64,000 nt of DNA. Source: the human T2T-CHM13v2.0 reference genome, Homo sapiens. The position numbers and the translations under genes are program-made. The stretch lies in the NCBI RefSeq assembly GCF_009914755.1, contig NC_060947.1; one strand, 5' to 3'. The notes under the pieces were generated by a model. It did not search any database and was not told where the DNA came from. It saw nothing but the letters and a program-made list of their open reading frames with translations. This document shows, in pieces, positions 24,953 through 41,183 of this stretch. The first letter of the stretch is position 1, and every line of letters starts with the position of its first letter.

Positions 24953-26831
24953 CTACACATCTGACAAAGGTCTAATATCAAGCATCTATAAGGAACTTAG
25001 ACAAATTTACAAGACAAAAACAACCACATAAAAAAGTGAACAAATGATATGAACAGACACTTTTCAAAAGAAGACACAGATGCAGCCAACAAGCATATGG
25101 AAAAAGCTCAATATAACTGATCATTAGAGAAATGCAAATCAGAAACATAATGAAATACCAATTCACATCAGTCAGAATGGCTATTACTAAAAAGTCAAAA
25201 TTAACAGATGCTGGCAAGGTTGTGGAGAAAACAGAATACTTATAAACTGTTGGTGGAAGTGTAAATTAGTTCAACCATTGTGGAAAGCAGTGTGAAAATT
25301 TATCAAAGAGCTCAAAACAGAACTACCATTCAACCCAACAATCCCATTACTGGGTATATACCCAAAGGAATATAAATCATTCCATCACAAAGACACATGC
25401 ATGGGGATGTTCACTGCAGCACAATTCACAATAGCAAAGACAAGGGATCAACCTAAAGGCCCATCAATGGAAGACTGGATTTTAAAAATGTGGTACATAT
25501 ATACCATGAAATGCTATGCAGCCATAAAAAAGAATGAGATTATGTCCTTTGCAGAAACATGGATGAAGCTGGAAGCCATTATACTTAGAGAACTAATGTA
25601 CAAACAGAAAACCAAATATTACATGTTCTCCCATACAAGTGGGAGCTAAATGACGAGAACACAGGGACACAACGAGTGGAAAAAGAGCCACTGGGGGCCT
25701 ACCAGTGGGTGGAGAGTGGGAGGAGGGAGAAGAATAGAAAAAATAAATATTGGGTACTAGGCTTAGTACCTGGGTGATAAAACAATCTGCACATCAAACT
25801 TCCATGAAATGAATATACCTATATAACAAGCCTTCACATATAGCCCTGAACCTAAAATAAAAGTTTTTAAACAATAAAAAAAGAAAAAGGAGACAGGACA
25901 ACTAATACCACAGAAATTCAAAGGATCATTAGTGACTACTATGAGCCACCATATGCCAATAAATTGGAAAACCTAGAAGAAATGGGTAAACTCCAAGACA
26001 CATAAAATTTATCAAGATTGAACCATGAAGAAATAAAAAACCCAAGGAAAACAATAAGTGATGAGATCAAAGCCATGATAAAACATCTCCCAGTAAAGAA
26101 AAGCCCAAGACCCAATGGCTTCACCACTGAATTCTACCAAATATTTAAAAAAGTATTAATGCTAATCCTAAGCAAACAATCCTAACAAAAAGAAAGAAGG
26201 AAGGAATATTTCCAAAGTGATTCTATGAGGCCAGTTTTATGGATACTAAAACCAAACAAAGATACATGAAAAAAAGACAATTACAGGCCAACATCCCTGA
26301 TGAACATTGATACAAAAATCCTCAACACAATACTAGCAAACCAAATTCAAAAACACATTAAAAAGATCATTTATCATGACCAAGTGGAATTTACCCTTGG
26401 GATGAAAGAATGATTCTACATATGCAAATCACTCAATGTGAAACATCATATCAACAGAATTAAGGGCAAAACCCCTCTGGTTATTTCAAATGATACTGAA
26501 AAAAGCTTTTGATAAAATTCAGTATCCCTTCATGGAAAAAAAAAAACCCTCAGAAAACTGGGTGTAGGAGAAACATATCTTAACACGAAGAAAGCCATAT
26601 ATGACAGACCCACAGCTAGTATCATATTGAAAAATTGAAAGCTTTTCCTTCAAGATCTGGAACAGGACAAGAGTACTCACTTTATGGCTGTTTTTCCACA
26701 TAGTACTGGAAGCCCTAGCTAGAGCAATCAGACAAGAGAAAAAAAGAAACAGCATCCAAATTGGAAAGGAAGAAGTCAAATTATCCTTGTTTGCAGATGA
26801 TATGATCTTATATTTGGAAAAACCTAAGTCT

Positions 26832-26838
26832 ACACACA

Positions 26839-26883
<45 letters not shown>
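26832..26883 (+). repeat. (CA)n microsatellite within L1MA ORF2
   Basis: Read directly from the sequence. Confidence 0.95.
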
Positions 26884-26885
<2 letters not shown>

Positions 26886-28060
26886 TTAGAACTGATGAAC
26901 AAATTCAGTAAAGTTTCAGGATACAAAATCAACTTACAAAAATCAGAAGCATTTCTATATGCCAACAGCAAACAACCTTAAATAGAAATCAAGAATGTAA
27001 TTCCAGGTACAAACACTACAGATAAAATTAAATACCTAGGAATTAAGCAAAACAGTGAAAGATTTTCTACAATTAAAACTATAAAACATTGATGCAAAAA
27101 ATTGAAGAGGACACAAAAAATAAAAAAAATTCCATGTTCCTGTATTCAAAGAATCTATTGTTAAAATGTCTATACTACCCAAAGCAATCTGTAGAGTCAA
27201 TGCAATCCCTATCAAAGTAACAATGACATTCTTCACAGAAATAGAAAAAATCCTAAAATTTATAAGTAACCAGAAAAGATACTGAATAGCCAAAGCTACC
27301 CAGAGCAAAAAGAACTGAACTGGAGGAATCACATTACCTAACTTCAAATTATACTACAGAGCTATAGTAAGCAAAACAGCACGGTACTGGCATAAAAACA
27401 GACACATGGACCAGTGGAACAAAATAGACAACCCAGAATTAAATTCAGACATCTTCAGTGAACTCGTTTTTGACAAAAGTGCCAAAGACATACACTGGGG
27501 AAAAGACAGTCTCTTTAATAAATAGATATCCATATGCAGAAGAATGAAACTAGACCCCTATCTCTTGCCATGTACAAAATTCAAATCAAAATGGATTGAA
27601 GACTTAATTCTAAGACTCCAAATTATGAAACAACTCAAAGAAAACTTTGGGTAAACTCTCTACGACGTTTGGATAGGCAAACATTTTTTGAGTAATACCC
27701 TACAAGCCCAAGTAGTCAAAGCAAAAATGGACAAATTGGATCACAGCATGTTAAAAAGCTTCTGCACAGCAAACGAAATAATAAACAAAATGAAGAGACA
27801 ACCCAGAGAATGGGAGAAAATGTTTGGAAAGTATCCATCTGACAAGGGATTAATAACCAGAATACATTAGGAGATCAAAAACTCAACTAATAATATGATT
27901 CTAAAAATGAGCAAAAGATCTGAATATACACTTCTCAAAAGAAGACACACAAATGGAAAAAAGGGATATGAAAAGGTGTGCAAAATTATTGATCATTAAA
28001 GAAAGGCAAATCAAATGTACAATGAGTTGTCATCTCACCCTAGTAAAAATGGTTTTTATC

Positions 28061-28415
28061 TGATATGGTTTGATTCTGTGTCCCCACCCAAATCTCATCT
28101 TGAATTGTACTCCCATAATTCCCATACGTTATGGGAGGGACCCGGTGGGAAATAATTTGAATCATGGGGGTGATTTCCCCCATACTGTTCTTGTGGTTGT
28201 GAACAAGTCTCACAAGTTCTGATGGTTTTATCAGGGGTTTCCGCTTTTGCATCTTCCTTATTTTCTCTTGCTGCCACGATGTAAGATGTGTCTTTCACCT
28301 CCCACCATGATTCTGAGGACTCCTGAGCTAAGTGGAACTGTAAGTCCAATTAAACTTCTTTTTCTTCCCAGTCTCGGGTATGTCTTTATCAGCAGTGTGT
28401 AAATGAACTAATACA
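28061..28415 (+). mobile_element. THE1A-like solo LTR
   Basis: TGATATGGTTTG...AACTAATACA, 355 bp. 5-bp TSD TTATC/CTATC. Confidence 0.9.
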
Positions 28416-28776
28416 CTATCCAAAACATAGGCAATAATAAATGCTAGTGAGGATGATCAGAAAAGGCAACCAATATACACTATTGGTGAGAATGTAAATT
28501 AGTATGGACACTATGGAAAACAGTATAGAGTTTCCTCAAAAACTAAAAATAGAGCTACCACATGATCCAATAATCCCACTACCAGGTATATACCCAAAAA
28601 AAAGGAAATCCATATATTGAAACAACCTCTGCCGTCTTATGTATATTGCAGCCCTATTCACAATAGGCAAAATTTAGAAGTAACCTAAGTGTCCATAAAC
28701 AGACAAATGAATAAACAAAATGTGGTACATATACACAATGGAATACAATTCAGCCATAAAAAAGAATGAGATCCTG

Positions 28777-29250
28777 TCATTTATAAAAACATGGACGGGG
28801 GGAGGAGCCAAGACGCCCGAATAGGAATGGCTCCAATCTACAGCTCCCAGCGTGAGCGATGCAGAAGATGGGTGATTTCTGCATTTCCATCTGAGGTACC
28901 AGGTTCATCTCACTAGGGAGTGCCAGACAGTGGGTGCAGGACAGTGGGTGCAGCGCACCGTGTGCGAGCGGAAGGAGGGCGAGGCATTGCCTCACTCGGG
29001 AAGCGCAAGGGGTCAGGGAGTTCCCTTTCCCAGTCAAAGAAAGGGGTGACAGACGGCACCTGGAAAATCGGGTCACTCCCACCCTAATACTGCACTTTTC
29101 CGACAGGCTTAAAAAACGGTGCACCAGGAGATTATATCCTGCACCTGGCTCGGAGGGTTCTACGCCCATGGAGTCTCGCTGATTGCTAGCACAGCAGTCT
29201 GAGATCAAACTGCAAGGCAGCAGCGAGGCTGGGGGAGGGGCGCCCACCAT
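28777..29250 (-). CDS. L1 antisense ORF0-like frame, 157 aa
   Basis: MVGAPPPASLLPCSLISDCCASNQRDS.. matches the ORF0 N-terminus. The frame runs out past the element's 5' end. Expression unknown. Confidence 0.6.
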   Translation of the reverse strand: MVGAPPPASLLPCSLISDCCASNQRDSMGVEPSEPGAGYNLLVHRFLSLSEKCSIRVGVTRFSRCRLSPLSLTGKGNSLTPCASRVRQCLALLPLAHGALHPLSCTHCLALPSEMNLVPQMEMQKSPIFCIAHAGSCRLEPFLFGRLGSSPRPCFYK

Positions 29251-29937
29251 TGCTCAGGCTTGCTTAGGTAAACAAAGCAGCCGGGAACCTCGAAATGGGT
29301 GGAGCCCACCACAGCTCACAGAGGCCTGCCTGCCTCTGTAGGCTCTACCTCTGGGGGCAGGGCACAGACAAACAAAAAGACAGCAGTAACCTCTGCAGAC
29401 TTAAATGTCCCTGTCTGACAGCTTTGAAGAGAGTAGTGGTTCTCCCAGCACGCAGCTCGAGATCTGAGAACGGACAGACTGCCTCCTCAAGTGGGTCCCT
29501 GACCCCCAAGTAGCCTACCTGTGAGGCACTGCTTTCGCAGTGGTTCTCCCAGCACGCAGCTGGAGATCTGAGAACGGGCAGACTGCCTCCTCAAGTGGGT
29601 CCCTGACCCCTCACCCCCGAGCAGCCTAACTGGGAGGCACCCCCCAGTAGGGGTAGACTGACACCTCACATGGCCGGGTACTCCTCTGAGACAAAACTTC
29701 CAGAGGAATGATCAGACAGCAGCATTCGCGGTTCATGAAAAAATGCTGTTCTGCAGTCACCGCTGCTGATACCCAGGCAAACGGGGTCTGGAGTGGACCT
29801 CTAGCAAACTCCAACAGACCTGCAGCTGAGGGTCCTGTCTGTTAGAAGGAAAACTAACAAACAGAAAGGACATCCACACCAAAAACCCATCTGTACATCA
29901 CCAGCATCAAAGACCAAAAGTAGATAAAACCACAAAG

Positions 29938-30954
29938 ATGGAGAAAAAACAGAGCAGAAAAACTGGAAACTCTAAAAAGCAGAGCACCTCTCCTCCTCAA
30001 AAGGAACGCAGTTCCTCACCAGCAACTGAACAAAGCTGGATGGAGAATGACTTTGACGAGTTGAGAGAAGAAGGCTTCAGACGATCAAACTACTCCGAGC
30101 TACAGGAGGAAATTCAAACCAAAGGCAAAGAAGTTAAAAACTTTGAAAAAAATTTAGACAAATGTGTAACTAGAATAACCAATGCAGAGAAGTGCTTAAA
30201 GGAGTTGATGGAGCTGAAAGCCAAGGCTTGAGAACTACGTGAAGAATGCAGAAGCCTCAGGAGCCGATGCCATCAACTGGAAGAAAGGGTATCAGTGATT
30301 GAAGATCAAATGAATGAAATGAAGCGAGAAGGGAAGTTTAGAGAAAAAAGAATAAAAAGAAACGAACAAAGCCTCCAAGAAATATGGGACTATGTGAAAA
30401 GACCAAATCTACGTCTGATTGGTGTACCTGAAAGTGACGGGGAGAATGGAACCAAGTTGGAAAACACTCTGCAGGATATTATTCAGGAGAACTTCCCCAA
30501 TCTAACAAGGCAGGCCAACATTCAGATTCAGGAAATACAGACAATGCCACAAAGATACTCCTCGAGAAGAGCAACTCCAAGACACATAGTTGTCAGATTC
30601 ACCAAAGTTGAAATGAAGGAAAAAATGTTAAGGGCAGCCAGAGAGAAAGGTCGGGTTACCCACAAAGGGAAGCCCATCAGACTAACAGTGGATCTCTCAG
30701 CAGGAACTCTACAAGCCAGAAGAGAGTGGGGGCCAATATTCAACATTCTTAAAGAAAAGAATTTTCCACCCAGAATTTCATATCCAGCCAAACTAAGCTT
30801 CATAAGTGAAGGAGAAATAAAATACTTTACAGACAAGCAAATGCTGAGAGATTTTGCCACCACCAGGCCTGCCCCAAAAGAGCTCCTGAAGGAAGCACTA
30901 AACATGGAAAGGAACAACCGGTACCAGCCACTGCAAAAACATGCCAAATTGTAA
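29938..30954 (+). pseudogene. L1 ORF1 with a premature TGA at 30229-30231
   Basis: The ORF is split into 97-aa and 219-aa pieces in one frame. The stop is consistent with CGA>TGA CpG decay. Confidence 0.92.
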
Positions 30955-31017
30955 AGATCATCGAGGCCAGGAAGAAACTTCATCAACTAACGAGCAAAAT
31001 AACCAGCTAACATCATA

Positions 31018-34838
<3,821 letters not shown>

Positions 34839-35530
34839 ACAATGAGAACACATGGACACAGGAAGGGGAACATCACACTCTGGGGACTGTTATGGGGCGG
34901 GGGTGGGGGGAGGGATAGCATTAGGAGAGATACCTAATGCTAAATGACGAGTTAATGGTTGCAGCACACCAGCATGGCACATGTATACATATGTAACTAA
35001 CCTGCACATTGTGCACATGTACCCTAAAACTTAAAGTATAATAATAATAAAATTTAAAAAAAAAACATGAACGGAACTGGACCACATTATGTTAAGTGAA
35101 ATAAGGCAGGCACAGGAAGACAAACTTCACAAGTTCTCAAAAATTTGTTTGAGCAAAAAATGAAAACAATTGAACTCATGGAGATAGTAAAATGATCATT
35201 ACCAGAGGCTGGGAAGTGTTGTAGGTGGTGTGGGGAAATGAGGATTAATAACAGGTACAAAAATATATATAGATAGAATGAATAAGGTCTAGTATATGGG
35301 CAGCACAACAGGGTGATTACAGTCAACAATAATTTATTGTACATTTTAAAATAAAAGAGTATAATTGGATTGCTTGTAACATAAACAAATGATGAATGCT
35401 TGAGGTGATGGATACCTATTTACCCTGATGTGGTTATTATGCATTGTGAGCCTTTATCAAAATATCTAACATACTTCAGAAATATATACACCTAGTATGT
35501 ACCCATAAAACTTAAAAATTAAAAAAATTA

Positions 35531-37320
35531 AAAGTAGTTTGTCTTTAGGACAGCTGTTCGTTAATGAGAACAGAATACTCTTGGCATATTTTGAAATACT
35601 TACTTTCCCCTTGCCCTGCTAAAAGCAACAGTGGATTTTCTCTGATCTTCACCCTGACAACCTACTGGGGCTTCTGGAGGTATAAGTCAATCACAAAAGT
35701 AGGAAACTTCCCAAAGGCTAGGTGCCTAGGAATGTTTTATCTCTCAAGCTTAGCCCATACTCAGTTTCAAGCAATTCACCAATTACAATTTATATGTTTC
35801 TACCGGGTTCCAACTGTAGCTTCTGCTCTGGTAAATTGTGATTCGCTATATTTCCATTTTTCCAGTTTTCAGAGCATTGGTTTTCCTTGTGATCACAATT
35901 TTCTAATGGATCTAAGAATTGTTGATTTTCTGTTTATTCGGCTTTTTGCTTGTGATGAATGGATGATGACTTCTAAATTCTTTACATGTTGGACCAGAAA
36001 CTACAAATAAGTGGATTTTGTGGGTTTTTTTTTCAGTCACTCTGCCAATCTTTCTTTTAATTGGTGTAGACAAACCATTTACATTTAAGTTAATTATTGT
36101 TATCTGTGTCTTATGTCAGCGATTATATTGTTTTCTCTTTGTTTTCTGTTTCTCATTCTTCTTTTTCTCTTATCTCCCTATGGGTTTTAAATATTTTAAA
36201 GATTATATCCTGACAAACATATAGTGTTTTTGAATAAATTTGCCCATATAGTTTTCTTACAGTTGCTCTAGGTATTATAATATAAATATGTAAATATAAC
36301 AATGTACTGGTTTTAGTATTATACATTTTTAGTAAAATATTGAAACATGAACTCCATTTATGTCCTTTTATCCTCCCCACTTAAAAAAATATTTGTTTCA
36401 AGTATGTCCTCTACCTATGTTAAGCACCACATCAACTGGTGTTATAATTTTTGCCTCAACCTTCAAATATAATTTTAAAAACTTATGAGGGCCAGACATG
36501 GTGGCTCATGCCTGTAATCCCAGTACTTTGGGAGGCTGAGGTGGGTGAATCACCTGAGGTCAGGAGTTTGAGACCAGTCTAACCAACATGGTGAAACTGC
36601 ATCTCTACTAAAAATACAAAAAAAAAAAATAGCTGGGTGTGGTGGCAGGTGCCTTGTAATCCCAGCTACTCAGGAGGCTGAGGCAGGGGAATTCCTTGAA
36701 CTTGGGAGCTGGAGATTGAAGTGAGCCGAGTTGGCACCACTGCAATCCAGCGTGGGCAACAGAGCAAGACTCCGTCTCAAAATAAATAAATAAATAAATA
36801 AATAAGAAAACTTATGAGGAGTTGGATAATCTATTATAGTTACTCCTACTTTTACACATTCCAATTTTCTTTCCTTTCTGAAGTTGAAAGCCTTCTGTTA
36901 TTAGCTTTCTGAATACAGAATTTTCTTTAGCAATCTGTAGTAGGACTGTTGCTTGCACATAATTTTTAATTTTCCTTTGTATCAGAACATTTTTATTTCC
37001 CCTTCATTCATAATATATATTTTCTCCAGATACAGAACTCTCTGTAACAGTTCTTTACATTCAGCACTTGAAAACTGTTGTGCCATTTACTTCTGATCTC
37101 CATAATTTCAGATGAGAAATCCATAGTCTTGGCAATCAGTGTTCCCCTATGAATAATGCAGCATCTCTCTCTGGCTGCTTTCAAAATATTTTTCTTGTCT
37201 TTAATTTTCAGAAGTTTAATTATGATTTCTGTTAGTGTGGATTTCTGTGAATTTATCCTATTTAGAGTATGCTTAGCTTCTTGAATCTGTAGGCTTATTT
37301 CTGTGGTCAAAATTTCAGAC
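35531..37320 (-). mobile_element. Old L1M fragments, antisense
   Basis: Continues the host sequence of 15943. ORF 37008-37346 (-) resembles an old ORF1 C-terminus (QIQEA..IIIKLLKIKDKKNILKAARE). Confidence 0.7.
36490..36806 (+). mobile_element. AluS with (AAAT)n tail
   Basis: Perfect TSD AAAACTTATGAGG (36478-36490 / 36807-36819). Confidence 0.95.
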
Positions 37321-37921
37321 CCCAATAAAGAGAACAGTGGGACCAAGATGACCAGTTAGAAGCAGCTGTGGTCCATGGCACTCATGGAGAGGAATGAAAG
37401 GGATGAGTGAAATCAGCACCTTCTACTGAAATATACAGGTTCTTGCATTCAGACTGATTGGGCAAACAACTCAATCCACAGAGAACAAAGAAAAGCAGGG
37501 TGGGGTGACGGCCTACCCAGGAGCAACACAGAGCCAAAGGACCTCCTACCCACAGCCAAGGGATGTGGTGAGTGACTGTGCAACCCTATCTGGGAAACCA
37601 TGCTTCTCCCATGGATCTTTGAAACCCATGGGTCAGGAGATCCCCTTGTGAGCTCACACCACCAGGGCCTTGGGTCTGATACACAGAGCTGTGTGGAGTC
37701 TCCACAGTGCAGCCACTCAGGCACACACAAAGACCCAGGAATTTTATATACTCTGTCCCTGGGATCCCTGGCAAGGTGGAAGGTCCATCCATACATACCC
37801 TTAGGATGGGGCTGAATCCAGGGAGCAAAGCAGCATCATTGTGCAGGCCCCATTTCCAAAGTACCTCAAAAGATAGCACCCATTGGCTTGGAATTCCTAC
37901 CAGCCAATGGCAACAGGCTAG

Positions 37922-38330
<409 letters not shown>

Positions 38331-41144
38331 CAGACTGCTTCTTTAAGCACGATCCAGATCGTGATCCATTCCTCCTCACTGGGCAGGACCTCCCTGCAGG
38401 GGCTCCGGCCACTTCAGCCAGGATTATACACACAGAGCTGTGATCTCTCACTGGGATGGAGCTCCTGGACAGAGGAGCAGCTGCCATCTCTGTGGTTCGG
38501 TCAACTCAGCCATTCCAGCCTGCTGGCTTTGGAGAGTTCAAATGGTTCAAACAAGGAAGGGTCCCCCAACAAAGCAGTAAACCTGCTTTACCAAAAAGCA
38601 GCCAGACTGCTTCTTTAAGTGGGTCCCTGATTCTACCCCTCTTGACTGGGTGAGACCTCCCAACAGGGGTCTCCAGACACCTCCTACAGGCATGTTCAGG
38701 CCAGCAACAGGTCAGTACCCTGCTGGGACGAAGCTTCCAGAGGAAGAAGCAGGCTCCCATCTTTGCTGTTTTGCAGGCTTCACTGGTGATACCTCCAGGT
38801 ACAGGAAAAACTGAGGAAACTAGGGTCTGGAGTGGTCCCTTAAAAAACTGCAGTAGCCCTATGGAAGACTGGGCTGACTGTTAAAAGGAAAATGTAAACA
38901 ACAACAACAAAGACTCCACAAAAGCCACATTCAAAGATCAGCAACCTCAAAGACTGAAGGTAAATAAGCCCACAAAGATGAAAAAGAATCACTGCAAAAA
39001 CACTGAAAACTCAAAAAGCCAGAATGCCTCTTCTCCTCCAAATGACTGCAGCACCTCTCCAGCAAGGGCACAGAACTGGGCCAAGACTGAGATGGCTGAA
39101 TTGACAGAAGTGAGCTTCAGGTGTGTAATAATGAACTTTCCTAAGCTAAAGGAGCATGTTGTAACCCAAAGCAAAGAAGCTAACTATCATGATAAAACAA
39201 TACAGGAGCAGACAGGCAGAACAGCCAGTTTAGAGAGGAACATAACTGACCTGATGGAGCTGAAAAACAGACTATGAGAACTTCGCAATGCAATCATAAG
39301 CATCAATAGCAGAATAGACCAAGCAGAGAAAAGAATCAACAAGCTTGAAGACTATCTTTCTGAAATAAGACAGGCAGACAAGGATAGAAAAAAAAAACAA
39401 TGAAAAGGAATGAACAAAACCTTCAAGAAATATGGGATTATGTAAAGAGATTGAACCTATGACTGATTGGGGTAACTGAAAGAGACAGGGAGAATGGAAC
39501 CAAGTTGGAAAATTCTTCAGGATATCATCCAGGAGAACTTTCCCAACTTAGCAAGACAGGCCAACATTCAAATTCAGGAAATTCAGAGAACCCCAGTAAG
39601 ATACTCCATGAGAAGATCAACCCCAAGACACATAATCATTGATTATCCACGGTCAAAATGAAAGAAAAAAAGCCAGGTCACCTAAAAAGGAAAGCCCATC
39701 AGACTAACAGCAGACCTCTCAGCAGAAACCTACAAGCCAAATGAGATTGGGGGACAATATTCAGCATTCTAGAAGAAAAAAATTTTCAACACAGAATTTC
39801 GTATCAAGCCAAAGTAAGCTTCATAAGTGAAGGAGAAATAAAATCCTTTTTCAGACAAGCAAATGCTGAGGGAATTTGTCACCACCAGGCCTGCCTTGCA
39901 AGAGCTCCTGAAGGAAGCACTAAATACGGAAAAGAAAAGCTGTTACTAGCCACTACAAAAACACACTGAAATACACAGACCAGTGACACTATGAAGCAAC
40001 CACATAAACAAGTCTGCAAAATAACCAGCTAGCATCGTGATGACAGGATCAAATCCACACATAACAACACTAACTTTAAATGTAATTAGGCTAAATGCCC
40101 CAATTACAAGACACAGAATGGCAAACTGGATAAAGAGCCAAGACCCATCGGTGTGCTGTCTTAAAGAGACCCATCTCATGTGCAAAGACACATATAGGCT
40201 CAAAATAAAAGGAAGAAGGAAAATCTATCAAGCAAATGAAAACAGAAAAAAAGTAGGGGTTAGAATCCTAGTTTCTGACAAAACAGACTCTAAAACAACA
40301 AAGATTAAAAAAGAAAAAGAAGGGTATTACATAATAGAAAAGGGTTCAATTCAACAAGAAGAGCTAGCTATCCTAAATATATATGCACCCAATACAAGAG
40401 CACCCAGATTCATAAAACAAGTTCTTTATCCTAAATATATATGCACCCAATACAAGAGCACCCAGATTCATAAAACAAGTTCGTAGAGACCTACAAAGAG
40501 ACTTAAACTCCTACACAACAATAGTGGGAGACTTTAACACTCCCTGACAATATTAGACAGACCACTGAGACATAAAATTAACAGAGATATTCAGGACCTG
40601 AACTCAACTCTGGATCAAGTGAACCTGATAGATATCTACAGGACTCTCTACCCAAAAACAACAGAACATACATTCTTCTCATCATCACACAGCACTTACT
40701 CTAAAATTGATTGCATAATTAGAAGTAAAACACACCTCAGCAAATGCAAAAGAACTGAAATCAGAACAAAGTCTCTCAGACCACAGCACAATCAAATTAG
40801 AACTCAAGATTAAGAAATTCACTCAAAACCACACACCTACATGGATAATGAACAACGTGATCCTGAGTGACTCTTGGGTAAATAACGAAATTAAGGCAGA
40901 AATCAAGAAGTTCTTTGAAACTAATGAGAACAAAGAGATAATGTACCGGAATCTCTGGAACGCAGCTAAAGCAGTGTTAAGAGGGAAATTCATAGCACTA
41001 AATGCCCACATCAAAAAGCTAGAAAGATCTCAAGTTAACAACCTAAAACCACAGAGAAAAGAAGTAGAGAACCAAAAGAAAACAAATCCTAAAGCTAGCA
41101 GAAGACAAGTAATAACCAAGATCAGAGCTGAACTGAAGGAGATA

Positions 41145-41145
<1 letters not shown>

Positions 41146-41179
<34 letters not shown>
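41146..41179 (+). repeat. (AC)n microsatellite
   Basis: Read directly from the sequence. Confidence 0.95.

Positions 41180-41183
<4 letters not shown>

Larger units (their letters stand above)
17343..25880 (+). mobile_element. Near full-length L1PA16/L1PB-like element, interrupted by three insertions
   Basis: GC-rich 5' UTR (about 17343-18650), decayed ORF1 (about 18680-19700), ORF2 start MTGSNSQISII at 19770, and 3' UTR plus A tail ending at about 25880. The host L1MA sequence rejoins (..aaaaagga|gacaggacaactaatacc). Confidence 0.8.
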
